This document shows positions 48,776-59,887 of a DNA stretch of 64,000 bases, in pieces (position 1 is the first letter of the stretch; each line of letters starts with the position of its first letter). The DNA lies in assembly GCF_001194135.2 (NCBI RefSeq), contig NC_068999.1:5039591-5103590 (forward strand), read 5' to 3'. The notes beneath the pieces are model-generated. The model was not told the DNA's origin. It did not search any database and was given only the letters and a program-made list of their open reading frames with translations. Source of the DNA: Octopus bimaculoides (Eukaryota). A program made the position numbers and the translations under genes.

Positions 48776-50445
48776 AAACAAGAAAAATGATATGTTCTAT
48801 ATTTAAGAGATGAGGAATTATGTATATTATTTATCATTATTTACATTTGACGGATATTGGAGGGTGTATCAGCCGAAACGTTGTGTTAACAACAAACAAG
48901 ATGAGGACAAATAGCCGTCAAATGTAAATAATGTAAATAATGTAATACCATGTTGTTTTTGCTCCCCCCCAATGAGCTTCATTATGCATTTGACTTGCTC
49001 TGGTTCCCCAAATATCTCTGCAGCTCCCGAAAAGGAAGTGAACATGAAATCAGTCGACAGTAATTTCATAATGGACATCAACAGCTTACTGAAAGGTTAC
49101 AAAGGTGTTGACCCCAAACAAGAACTGACACAGGTAATTAACATTAATTAACGTATTCTTAGAATTGCTGCCGCTACTAAAAGTTTCCCTTGAGTAAAAA
49201 AAAACACAATGATAATTAGTTTTACACAGAAAATGTAACGATACTGCAATGGGATGCACCACTATGCCATTGCAGCATGTTGCATTGGTGCAGAAATATG
49301 AATAACTGATACTGCAATGAAACTGCATTGTGTTGCACTAACACTGCATGACACAGTACGTTGCAGTTACAATGCATTGACACTGCAGTGACATGACAGC
49401 AGCTTGTACTTTATTTGGAATGTGTTGCACTAATACTGGACAGACATGGCTGTGTGGTAAGACGTTTGCTTCCTAACCACATGGTCCAGGGTTCAGCCCC
49501 CCTGCATGGCACCTTGGGCAAATGTCTTCTACTATAACTCCAGAGTGACGAAAGCCTTGTAAGTGCATTTGATGGAGATATATACACACTGTGTATATAT
49601 ATATATATATGTGTGTGTGTGCATGTGTATACATATGTGTGTGTACATTTATATATATATGTGTGTAGTTGTGTGTGTGTGTATAAATAGGTGGTGGTGT
49701 TGGTGGTGACAACTGTGGTTGCAGTAAAGGAGGTGAGGGTGATGGTGTTTGTAGTAACAGTGATGGTGGCGGTGGTGGTGGTGGTGGTGGTGGTGGTGGT
49801 AGTGGTGCAGCTTCTAATTCACTTTAATCCAGTATTACCAATATTCTATGACAGGCACCAGAGATACTTTCTTCCACTAAAATCCTCGTCGCTGGAATTA
49901 ACCCATAATCCGAGTAGTAGATCTGTAGCCAGTGATCAAGACTCTTCACCATGACGAGTGCAAAGGGTGCCGATGCCTGAGTTCAGGCCAAGGGTTGTAT
50001 AGAAGACCCAGGGGCATTTATCGCAGGGGAGAATTGGTGGGGGGACGAAGAAGTGCAAGTCACTCTAAAATATATTGCATCAAAGTCCACCAAAATCCAT
50101 TGCAATGTGTTGCAACGGGTAATTGCAATGTGTTGTATCTGGAGGTAATTCTGTTTTCTTTAATTTCCATTTGGTATCATTTGGCATCACTACACCTGCC
50201 ATTGTTAATTACAGGTGAATAAGAACGTGTGGAGGCATATAGCATTTTTGAAGAAGATCTACTTGTTTTATGCAAGTTTGGGCCAGGAACCAGCCATTGA
50301 TAATGTCTACTTGATGGACAATCTTCAGTTCTGGAGATTTCTCAAAGACTGTCGCTTGCATCATCATGGCTTTACCCTGATGCAAATGGATAGATTCCTT
50401 GGTAAGTTCTTTTAGTGTTCTTTACCATTTCGAAATCAAGTGATA

Positions 50446-50489
<44 letters not shown>

Positions 50490-51719
50490 CCATCACCATC
50501 ACCATCATTATCATCATCATCATCAACAACAACAACAACAACAACAAGGCAGCAAGCTGGTAGAATTGTTAACATTTCAGACAAAATGCTTAGCAGTATT
50601 TCTTCTGGCTGGCACCAGGTTCAATAGCCTATAACCTTTACCAGGCTCAGTAGCCATATACCCTTCAGCAGGTCCAATAGCCATATAACCTTCAATAGTC
50701 TGTAATCTTTACCAGGTCCAATAATCGTATAATCTTTACTAGGGTCAACAGACAGATATCTTGCATTAAGGTTCAGTAGCCAATAATTTTTATCAGAGTC
50801 AATAACCGACAACCTTTAGAGTTTCTAATCAAATTATGCTGATCTAAAAATTTAAGTTTTAATTAAGTTTCAGAATATGCAAATTCTCCTTTTTATTATA
50901 GTTTTTAAAAAATATTATTTATTAGATTTAGAATTATGTGGAGTAGGTTTGAAATATCTGCAAATTTTTTTTCTCTTGTTCTATTTAGTTTTGTCATGAA
51001 TTTAATATATTTGTAAATAATGATTTTGAATATTTTGTTTATATCAATGTTATAACTGAATGATTGTTTGAATAGGTTTACAATTTTATAATTTTTTTTA
51101 AAAAAGAAATTGTATATAACTTTTTGGTTTTTCATCATTTCATCTGTCATTCATTGTGTAATTCTTTCTTTCCCAGCGAAAGATAAAAAAGTAACCAGTC
51201 TCCATGACCCTTTTGGTAAGTTGCTGCTACGGGAATTTATAGCGAACCTTGTGATCTTGGCCTTCAAAGCATACAGTGCACAATACGATGACGCAAAAGC
51301 AAACTTAAAGTAGGTCATGTCATCTTTATCATCATTAATATCTACACACACTTCCACCACTACCACTTACTTCTTTCACATATAGCCAGGTGGTTAACCG
51401 AAACGTCAGTGATTTTATAATTGCTGTTTTACCTACATCAGTAACAGAAGGTTGTGTTTTCAGCATGTGGCTGGCAGTGAGCATTTGCTACTGATGGAGT
51501 GCAACAAGTCAGAAATGCACATCTAGCGACTTCACCACCACTGCTGGATGATTTTTGCCTGCTACTGATATAATTTTGTGTTTTTAAACACAGTGTGTCC
51601 ATACAAGTTATTATCCCTGGATGAATACTGTACTTAATTTGTTTTTCGTAATGTATCTATGTATCTGCATTAAGTAATTTATGTATTTATTTATATACAT
51701 GTGTATGTGTGTATGTCTG

Positions 51720-51766
<47 letters not shown>

Positions 51767-51781
51767 GTATGTATATGTTTG

Positions 51782-51813
<32 letters not shown>

Positions 51814-54800
51814 TGTATGTATGTATGTATTAAAGGAAAAAGGATGACTTGAAGGCCTACTATGGATCCCTAGAAGGCTGAAATTATATTTATTCAGAAC
51901 TCTTGACGAATTTTTAGATCATGTGACATGTCAGTTAAAAAAAGGGGAAAAAAACTGAGTCCAAATGTTTCACTTTCCATTCATCTAGGTACCATTTTCT
52001 TCTGCTGGATTGGTGCTTCTATCAACTTCTCAAAAACAACATCTACCCCAATGTGTTCACCGTTAGAGGTAAACAATCCACAGATTTAAACCATCTTGTT
52101 ATTTATTTTATGTTATTTGTTTTTTTTTTCTTCTCTTTCAAAAGAATTTAACTCATCAAGAGAACCTAACCCCAAGATTCTTGTGAATTCATGTGTTAAT
52201 GTTGTTTCTTGGGAGGGTCATTATGTCAGTAATGAACACACCTACTGGTTCTATTTCTCTTCTTTATTTGCCAACTAGCTAACCACTTAACCAATTAACT
52301 AATTGATTTTTGGATTACTTATTTGATCAATCAATCATTCGGGTTTATCAAAGTCTCATAATTGTTATTTTGTCCCCATTTTTAACCTCATCTATGACAT
52401 GCTCTTTCATTGTGTTTAAGGATGCAGTTGCATACATTTGTTTCAAAATGCTACAGAGCTTTGAATTACGTTTTCTTTCACTGCAGGCCATATCTTCACA
52501 GAAGTCCGCAGAGCCATGAACATAATGGAACACGTCCAGGAGGTTTACAAAATCTACACTGCCATTTGTAAACCACGAAAGGTGAACAGACATTTTTTTT
52601 AATAAAAATTTCCAGTACCAACAGATGGGATGGAAAAGTCACTCTGTTTGTCTGCATGATGGATCGATGGGGTGTCTGATGCTACAGAGACACCACACAA
52701 TGAACTTTTATATCCCCATGTATGGTAGTAAAAGCAGCCCACACTGTCATCATCATCATCATCATCATCATCGTTGTCGTCATCATTTAACATCCGTTTT
52801 CCATGTTGGCATGGTTTGGACAGTTTGATAAGAACTGGTCAATTGTAAGTTGTGGCATGGTTTCTATGGCTGCATGCTCTTCCTAATGCCAACATTGTCT
52901 CTTATAAGTGTATATCTGATGGTATGGAAAGATTTGACTTGGTCCTTATTTCATCAACCCCAAAAGGATGAAAGGCAAAGTCAACCTTGAAGAAATTTGA
53001 ACTCAGCACCATTTTGTCCAATGTGTTGATGGTTCTGCCACCTCACCACCTTAAAAATAATAATGATGACGATGACGATGATGACAACGACGACAAATTG
53101 TCAGGTGAAAATGTGTTAATTAGTTGAATGTACTGACCATTCCCCTTCATTCTGTCTTTCACAGTTACCTCCCCATGATTCTTCCATGAAGATGAGAGAC
53201 TGTTTAGTCATACTCAAGGTAAACTAAAGCATCTTTTGTATTTTAAAAGTGTGTGTGTGTGTGTGTGTGCGCACATGCTTGTGTGTGTCTGGGTGTTTTC
53301 TGCATAGAGAGGCACATATACTTCTCTTCCTCCCCCTCCTTCACCGCCTCCTTCTCCTCTCATCTTCATCCTCTGTATTTTGTTTATATATTAACCAATG
53401 TGTCTTTCTCTACGGAAAGGACTTAAACCTGATCAATGAGAACCTCACCGCCAAAGCTGCCATTGATGTTTTGGCCGAAGATGATCCCAATGTTATCGTT
53501 GATGGTGACTACAACATGGAGTTGGAGGTAAGAGCATTCGACTTCCAATTTTATTTAATCCATCAGCATACACAAGCATAACATATGCATATACCAAATA
53601 TATATATATTTAGAACAGAGGCAGCTGAAGGAAAAGTCCCATAAGTGGCTCGTCTGTCTTCCTATGCATTCATTCTGATGTCTGTAAAAAAAGTCTGTTT
53701 TTTGTGCTTTATGTTCCCGTTCCTTTTTTGACGTCCTGTACCTGGATATGCATCTATATAGACATGTAGATGTAGGTATGTACATATATGTATGTATACA
53801 TGCATATGCTCTTATATCATTTGCATTATTATTATATATATAAAAATATACAAGGTGTAAAGATAATGAAGATTCAGTATACACCACGTAGCAAAATTAT
53901 GAGTTGAAAATATGCGTAAAAAAAATATAAAAAGTGGAAGAGAAATGCCTTCGTTTCATATAGTTTAATATCTTTTTATAAATATATACATATTAAATGG
54001 ACATCGTGAAATCCAACCAGTTTTCACTATTTAAATTAGCTTTTCAAGGGTCATTGTACAGTAATCAGTTCCCATGTTTTTCTGTTCATAGATGACCTAC
54101 CTTGAGTTTCTGGAAGCGCTTGTTGGTTTTGCTGAGATTTACATCACAGAAAGCGTGGTAGAGTCAATGACGATACCTCTTGATACCGTCACGTCAAGTC
54201 GGTCTCCAAAGACAAGCAGTCAACCTGTCATGTCACCTGTCCTCAGCACCAATGTGTCCAGCACTTCCTTCCAACAACACTCGAAGACAAGAGAGACAAC
54301 AGAGAATAGGACATCGGAGACAGTGGTAAGTGGTGGTTTTTAGGGTTTTTTTTAGTCTTGTTGGTGGAAATATAGAAATGGGGAGGGAGATGGGTGGATG
54401 GTCTTTACACATTTTCACTTTCACACACACACACACGTGCACTTGTGTGCTTGCATGCATCAGGTTAAACAGATGGACGGACAGACAGATGGATGGAGAG
54501 CTAGTTATGTATTGACATTGAGACAGAGAGAGGGGGAGAAAAAGAAAGAGAGAAATAGGAAAAGTGAGAGAAAGAAAGAGTATAGAGAGAGAGACAGTAA
54601 GAGAGGAAGAGGCGGGGAGAGAAATGGAGAGAGACACAAAGGCAGAGAGAGAGAGCCAGAAATTGAGAAAGAGTGTGTGAGAGGGACACTCATAAAACAT
54701 TATCTGTGACCGATGAGCTAACTACCCATCATCATCATTGTTTAATGTCCATCTTCCATGCATGCATGGGTAGGACAGTTCACAAGGGCTGACCGGGTAG

Positions 54801-56416
54801 AAAATGTACTCTATCCTACTCTGCCTGTTTTGGGAGGGTTTTTACAGCAGGATGCCCTTCCAAATGCCAACCACTTTACAGTGTAGACTGGATGCTTCTT
54901 ATGTGGCACCAGCACCGGCAGGGTCACCAAGTAACTTGCAAGACAAGGGAATAGAATATTGAGAGGAGATGGGGCATTGGAGGAGGGGATCTTGTGTCAG
55001 ATGATAAAATCACATAAGCCAATGAGGAAGCCTCTATGTAGTCATTCAATATGTTAGAAATAGCAGCTAAATCTCTTTAAAAACCACAGTCTACTTTCTT
55101 AAAAAAAAAAAAGAGAAATGGCAAATCAGAACTTATTCTTTAATTAATTAAATGGTAAAATATTAATTTTTTGTAGCAAGAGGAACAAACAAAATCTTTA
55201 TCTGTGTTGTTCAGTCCACTTGAGAGTTTGATGGAAACGAGTGACAGCAAAGAGACAACAAACGGTATGTTAATAAGACTATTGTTGTTGCTGTTGTTGT
55301 GGCTGCCATTGCGGTCATGTTGGTTTTGTTGCTGTTGTTGCTTTTGTAGTTGTTGTTGCTGTTGTTGTTATTGTTGCTGTTGTTGTTTTACAATTACAAA
55401 TTTTGTGAATGGAAAAATGATGGGAGGGGTGGAGTAAAGAAGGGAAACATTGATTAGAATTCAGAGGCAAAAATTAAAATTACTCACACACACACATTCA
55501 TACACACACACACACACACATTCATACACACACACATTCATACACACACACATTCATACACACACATACACATTCATGCACACACACACACACATTCATA
55601 CACACACACATTCATACACACACACATTCATACACACACACACATACATACACATTCATACACACACACATTCATACACACACACACACATACATACACA
55701 TTCATACACACACACACATTCATACACACACACACATACACATTCATACACACACACACACATTCATACACACACACACACCCATACACACCCATACACA
55801 CACATGCACACAAAATGATATTTCATTTTAATTAGATGCAAATTTCAGTTTTTTTTTGTTCTTGTAATGCCCCCTCCCCACTAGCTACGTTAATGATTGT
55901 AACTGTTGAAACAGCAGTTGAACTTTGATTGCAATTATGAAGCAACTGTGAAATATTTACTATTATAAAATCTCTAATTTAAATTCTAACAAATTTTACT
56001 TTCTATTTTTTTTTTTTCCCCTTAAAAAAATAATACACATGTACATAAAAACAGAAGAAACTGAAGCAGAGGTAGAGGCTGAAGAACTTGACCAAGCTAC
56101 AAAAAAGTACAACTTCTGGACTCACCAAATACACATTTTCTTCATCGAGAAATTCATTCGTCCGGTCAGCAACCTTTTGAACATGCAGCAGACGGTCAAC
56201 AAACTGGTGAAAGAAGAATTAAAGAAAATAAAGAAGAAGGAGAAACAGAAGGCAGCGACAGAGCGATGGCACCAGTTACGCCGAGAAGCAGTAGAAGAGG
56301 CATCGCTGAGTCAGGAACCGGAACAGGAACACGACCAGAACATTGCTGAAAACGTTCATGTCTTTGATGAGTTTGGTGAAGTGAAGACGAGCGGTCCAAA
56401 TGGACATGCAACATAA
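38472..56416 (+). CDS. RSPH10B: Radial spoke head 10 homolog B (MORN-repeat ciliary protein); 16 exons visible, at least one missing at gaps
   Basis: Exons 38472-38677, 40784-40859, 43307-43375, 45047-45105, [missing], 46327-46548, [probably missing], 48510-48627, 49024-49133, 50215-50401, 51177-51309, 51989-52068, 52487-52581, 53165-53218, 53420-53527, 54092-54325, 55177-55264, 56055-56416 (TAA). MORN repeats include YEGKFLNGLFEGEG, GSFHQGLMHGRGYYKWNDGVTYE and YHGDWQYDLPHGWG. The RSPH10B-type post-MORN motifs are LKKIYLFYASLG, LQFWRFLKDCRLHHH, LPPHDSSMKMR and MTYLEFLEAL. Confidence 0.88.
38787..39103. mobile_element. pogo/Tigger-like non-autonomous element (one end) in RSPH10B intron 1
   Basis: TA followed by CAGTGATTCCTCGATTATCGCGG, a Tigger-type terminus; runs into gap 39104-39903. 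Confidence 0.55.
43799..44071. mobile_element. hAT-type MITE (273 bp) with GAGTC/GACTC subterminal repeats
   Basis: TIRs CAGGGCTGTGGAGTC and GACTCCACAGCCCTG; degenerate 8-bp TSD CTAGCAAC / TTAGCAAT; many internal GACTCC motifs. Confidence 0.75.
50617..50790. repeat. Degenerate about 26-bp tandem repeat (AGGTTCAATAGCCATATAACCTTTACC-like)
   Basis: Six to seven units beginning AGGT(T/C)CA(A/G)TAGCC in an RSPH10B intron. Confidence 0.65.
55484..55815. repeat. (CACACACATTCATA)n compound minisatellite
   Basis: More than 20 degenerate CATTCATA/CA units, directly visible. Confidence 0.9.
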
Positions 56417-56433
56417 AAAGAAAACCTACAAGT

Positions 56434-56439
56434 AATAAA
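56434..56439 (+). terminator. Candidate polyadenylation signal (AATAAA) for RSPH10B
   Basis: AATAAA 17 nt after the stop codon. Confidence 0.35.
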
Positions 56440-57789
56440 GCAATACATTCCTCCATGGAATATCAAAATGGTATTTCCTTTGGAAAATAGTGGAAGATGG
56501 TGGTGGGTGAGAAAGGGAAGGAATAATGGAGGCAGGGGTGGGGAAGTCAGGGCTGAATTATTTCTTTTTAAGGATTTCTTTCATAAAATAACAATTGCTT
56601 TACTAAAATAAATCTTGTTTTGTTTTGTTTTGTTTTTTTTTTTGCATTTATTTTGGGGGTTTTCTGTGTCGCACCATTTAATATTTACTCCACAAATTTA
56701 ATTATTTTAAACAGAGTCAAGTTTGTGACTCTTAAAACCCTCTCCCTCCTAACCCCCACTTCCTTGCCTCCCTCCATCTATCTATCTTTCTCTCCCTCTC
56801 ACACTAACTTTTTCAACTGCCTTTCTCCCCAACACTCCCTCTCTCTCTCCCTCTCCTTTTCTCACACACACTCAAACACCTCCCCGCTCTGTGTCTCCAT
56901 GTAATATCTACATCACCTAATATTTTTAGCTCCTAAGGTGGCGAGCTGGTTGAAATGTGTAGTGCTATTTCATCTGTCTTTACATTCTGAGTTCAAATTC
57001 CACCGAGGTTGACTTTGCCCTTTGTCCTTTTGGGGGGGTCGATAAATTAATTTTGGTTGCGTATTGGGGTCGATCTAATCAACTAGCCCCCTCCTCAAAA
57101 ACTTTGGGCCTTGTGCCTAGAATAGAAAAGAATATTTTTAGCTCCTGTCATGTTTCTCACTCACTCTCCTCCTCCTGTTTTTCTCTTTCGCCTCCCCTTC
57201 TCTCTCCTCCCTCTTTCTCTTTTCCTCTCCCTCTCCATCACCATCTCTCCCTCCATATAACATCTACACAGAAACACATATCCACACAATGAATAACCAT
57301 AAATCAGCTCCAATAGCCAATATATCATTCATCTGTTATCACTGGATATTAATCAATTCATCACATTATAATTACATCCTATTTACATTATAGAACAAGT
57401 GGCTGAATCTGCCATGGACATTTGCATCCTTAATATAACCCTTTACTCCCAGGCAAACTTAACATGACACAGAGTGTTTATCAATGTTAGACTTACCCAA
57501 ACACAGCTACATTTCACTCAACTCAATTTCATTCACAACAATATGATAGAAGATATTTGTCTAGGGTGCTGTTGAGTGAGATTGAACCTAAGATTTCACG
57601 ACTGCAGGCTTAAACAGAGAAGGAAAGGCAGCAGCGATGACCTCTTTTTTTTTTGATTTTGTTTTTCAGGGCTTTTGTGACTGCATAAATGGAAACAGCT
57701 GTAGGAAGAAATGATTATCAATTTATTAATAAATAAATATTAACCACTAACTTACCATTTTCTCTGAATTTAATACAAATTTTATATAT

Positions 57790-58330
57790 CATCATCATCA
57801 TCATCATCGTTTAACGTCCACTTTCCATGCTGGCATGGGTTCGATGATTTGACTGAGGACTGGCAAACCAGATAGCTGCACCAGGCTCCAATATGATCTG
57901 GCAGAGTTTCTACAGCTGGATGCCCTTCCTAACGCCAACCACTCCGAGAGTATAGTGGGTGCTTTTACGTGCCACCGGCATGAGGGCTAGTCAGGCAGTA
58001 CTGGCAACAGCCACGCTCAAGTGGTGTTTTTACATGCCACCTGCACAGGAGCCAGTCCAGCGGCACTGGCAACGACCTTGCTCGAATGTTTTGTTCACGT
58101 CACCGGCACAAATGCCAGTAAGGCGATGCTGGTAACGATCACGCACAAATGGTGCTTTTTACGTGCCACCAGCACGGAAGTCAATCAGCTGCTCTGGCAG
58201 TGATCGTGCTTCGATGGTGCTCTTAGAGTTCCACTGCCACGGGTGCCAGTCATCAAATTTGCGAATTTGATTTGGTTTTGATTTCACTTGCCTCAACAGG
58301 TCTTCACAAGCAGAGTTTAGTGTCCAATGA
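57790..58330 (-). mobile_element. Dispersed repeat ending in a (GAT)n tail, probable 3' end of an RTE-type LINE or its SINE partner
   Basis: Core CGTTTAACGTCC...CATGCTGGCATGGGTTGGACG...CAGCTGGATGCCCTTCCTAACGCCAACCAC recurs at about 9258-9660, 19019-19180, 48138-48345, 52750-52900, 54722-54950, 59450-59770, 61870-62090, 62720-63290. Confidence 0.7.
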
Positions 58331-58832
58331 AGGAAAAGTATGCATAAGTGGGCTGGTTACAGCNNNNNNNNNNAAGGAAAAGTATGCATAAGTGGGCTGG
58401 TTACAGCCCTGGGTTATGGTCTCACGTGGCTTGCCGGGTCTTCTCACGTACTGCATGTTTCCAAAGGTCTAGCCCCCAACGCCTACACACCAATTTCAGG
58501 CCTTGTGCCTATGGTAGAAAGGATCATCATCATCATCGTCATCATCATCATCGATTTATGAGGAAACAAAGTCATACGGGGTGGCAGACAGTATGCTAAA
58601 TAGAGAAATCTGTAATAATCTGGTAGTTTACAGACTTCTGATAATATTTAAACATAAATATGAGATCTCATATTCAGTGGAAAGAAGGCAAATGCAATAA
58701 TGTGGCGTTCATGCCTTTCGTAATAATGTTAGATGTATAAACGATGAACGAGATACTGAATTTGTAACGAAAGAAAACATTAAAGTGAGAGTAGTCTCCC
58801 TTTAGTTCGTGGAATTCTTTACAACTGAAGCA

Positions 58833-58847
58833 GTTGCCAATAGCAAT
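58833..58847 (+). promoter_or_regulatory. RFX X-box-like motif of DNAAF11/LRRC6
   Basis: GTTGCCAATAGCAAT (one terminal mismatch), 72 bp upstream of the ATG. Confidence 0.55.
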
Positions 58848-58919
58848 TGATACACAAACAAGGCACGTGTGAAATATGATTTTGACTGAGGAACTTTAGG
58901 AAAAGATAGAGAGAAAAAT

Positions 58920-59805
58920 ATGGTTGCAAGTAAGCATAACACTTCCTAGTTATTTAACCCTTTAGCATTCAGACTATTTTATCAAATGTAATGTTCATTT
59001 ATATTATTTTGAAATAATCATACATTATCCTGTATTTTAATGATGTAATTTTTACTCTTTTACTTGTTTCGGTCATTTGACTGCGGCCATGCTGGAGCAT
59101 CGCCTTTAGTCGAGCAAATCGACCCGAGGATTTATTCTTTGTAAGCCTAGTACTTATTCTATCGGTCTCTTTTTGCCGAACCGCTAAGTTACGGGGACGT
59201 AAACACACCAGCATCGGTTGTCAATCGATGTTGGGTGGGGGTGGGGGACAAAAACAGACACACAAACACACACATATATATACATATACATATATACGAC
59301 GGGCTTCTTTCAGTTTCCGTCTACCAAATCCACTCACAAGGCTTTGGTCGGCCTTTTTTTTAAAAGACATTATCAGGTTGGTCTGAGAGGCCAGATAAGG
59401 CCAGGCTGAGCATATAACAGGTAGAATATTTGGACTTGATATAGCCACTAAATGGCTGGTGGCATATAAAAAGCACCATCCGAACGTAGTTGATGCCGTG
59501 CCCCTCAACTGGCTTCCATGCTGGTGACACATAAAAAGTACCATCCGAATGTGGTTGATGCCAGTGCCGCCTGACTGGCTCTTCTGCCAGTGTCACGTAA
59601 AAAGCACCCGCTACACTCTCAGAGTGGTTGGCATTAGGAACGACATTCAGCTGTAGAAACACTGCCAGATCAGATTGGAGCTTGGTGCAGTCATCTGGCT
59701 CACCAGTCATCAGTCAAACCGTCCAACCCATGCCAGCATGGAAAACGGACGTTAAATGATGATGATGTAGAAGTGTCACTAGTTATGATATAGTATGTAT
59801 ATTTA

Positions 59806-59838
<33 letters not shown>

Positions 59839-59848
59839 NNNNNNNNNN

Positions 59849-59887
<39 letters not shown>

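Noticed and set aside
50440-50634. Poly-His/Gln, poly-Asp and similar homopolymer ORFs (also 49691, 54233, 55450, 61291)
   Set aside because: Translations of (CAT)n, (CAA)n, (GT)n and (GA)n microsatellites.
58330-58407. 34-bp direct repeat either side of a 10-N gap
   Set aside because: Identical contig-end overlap; assembly artefact.
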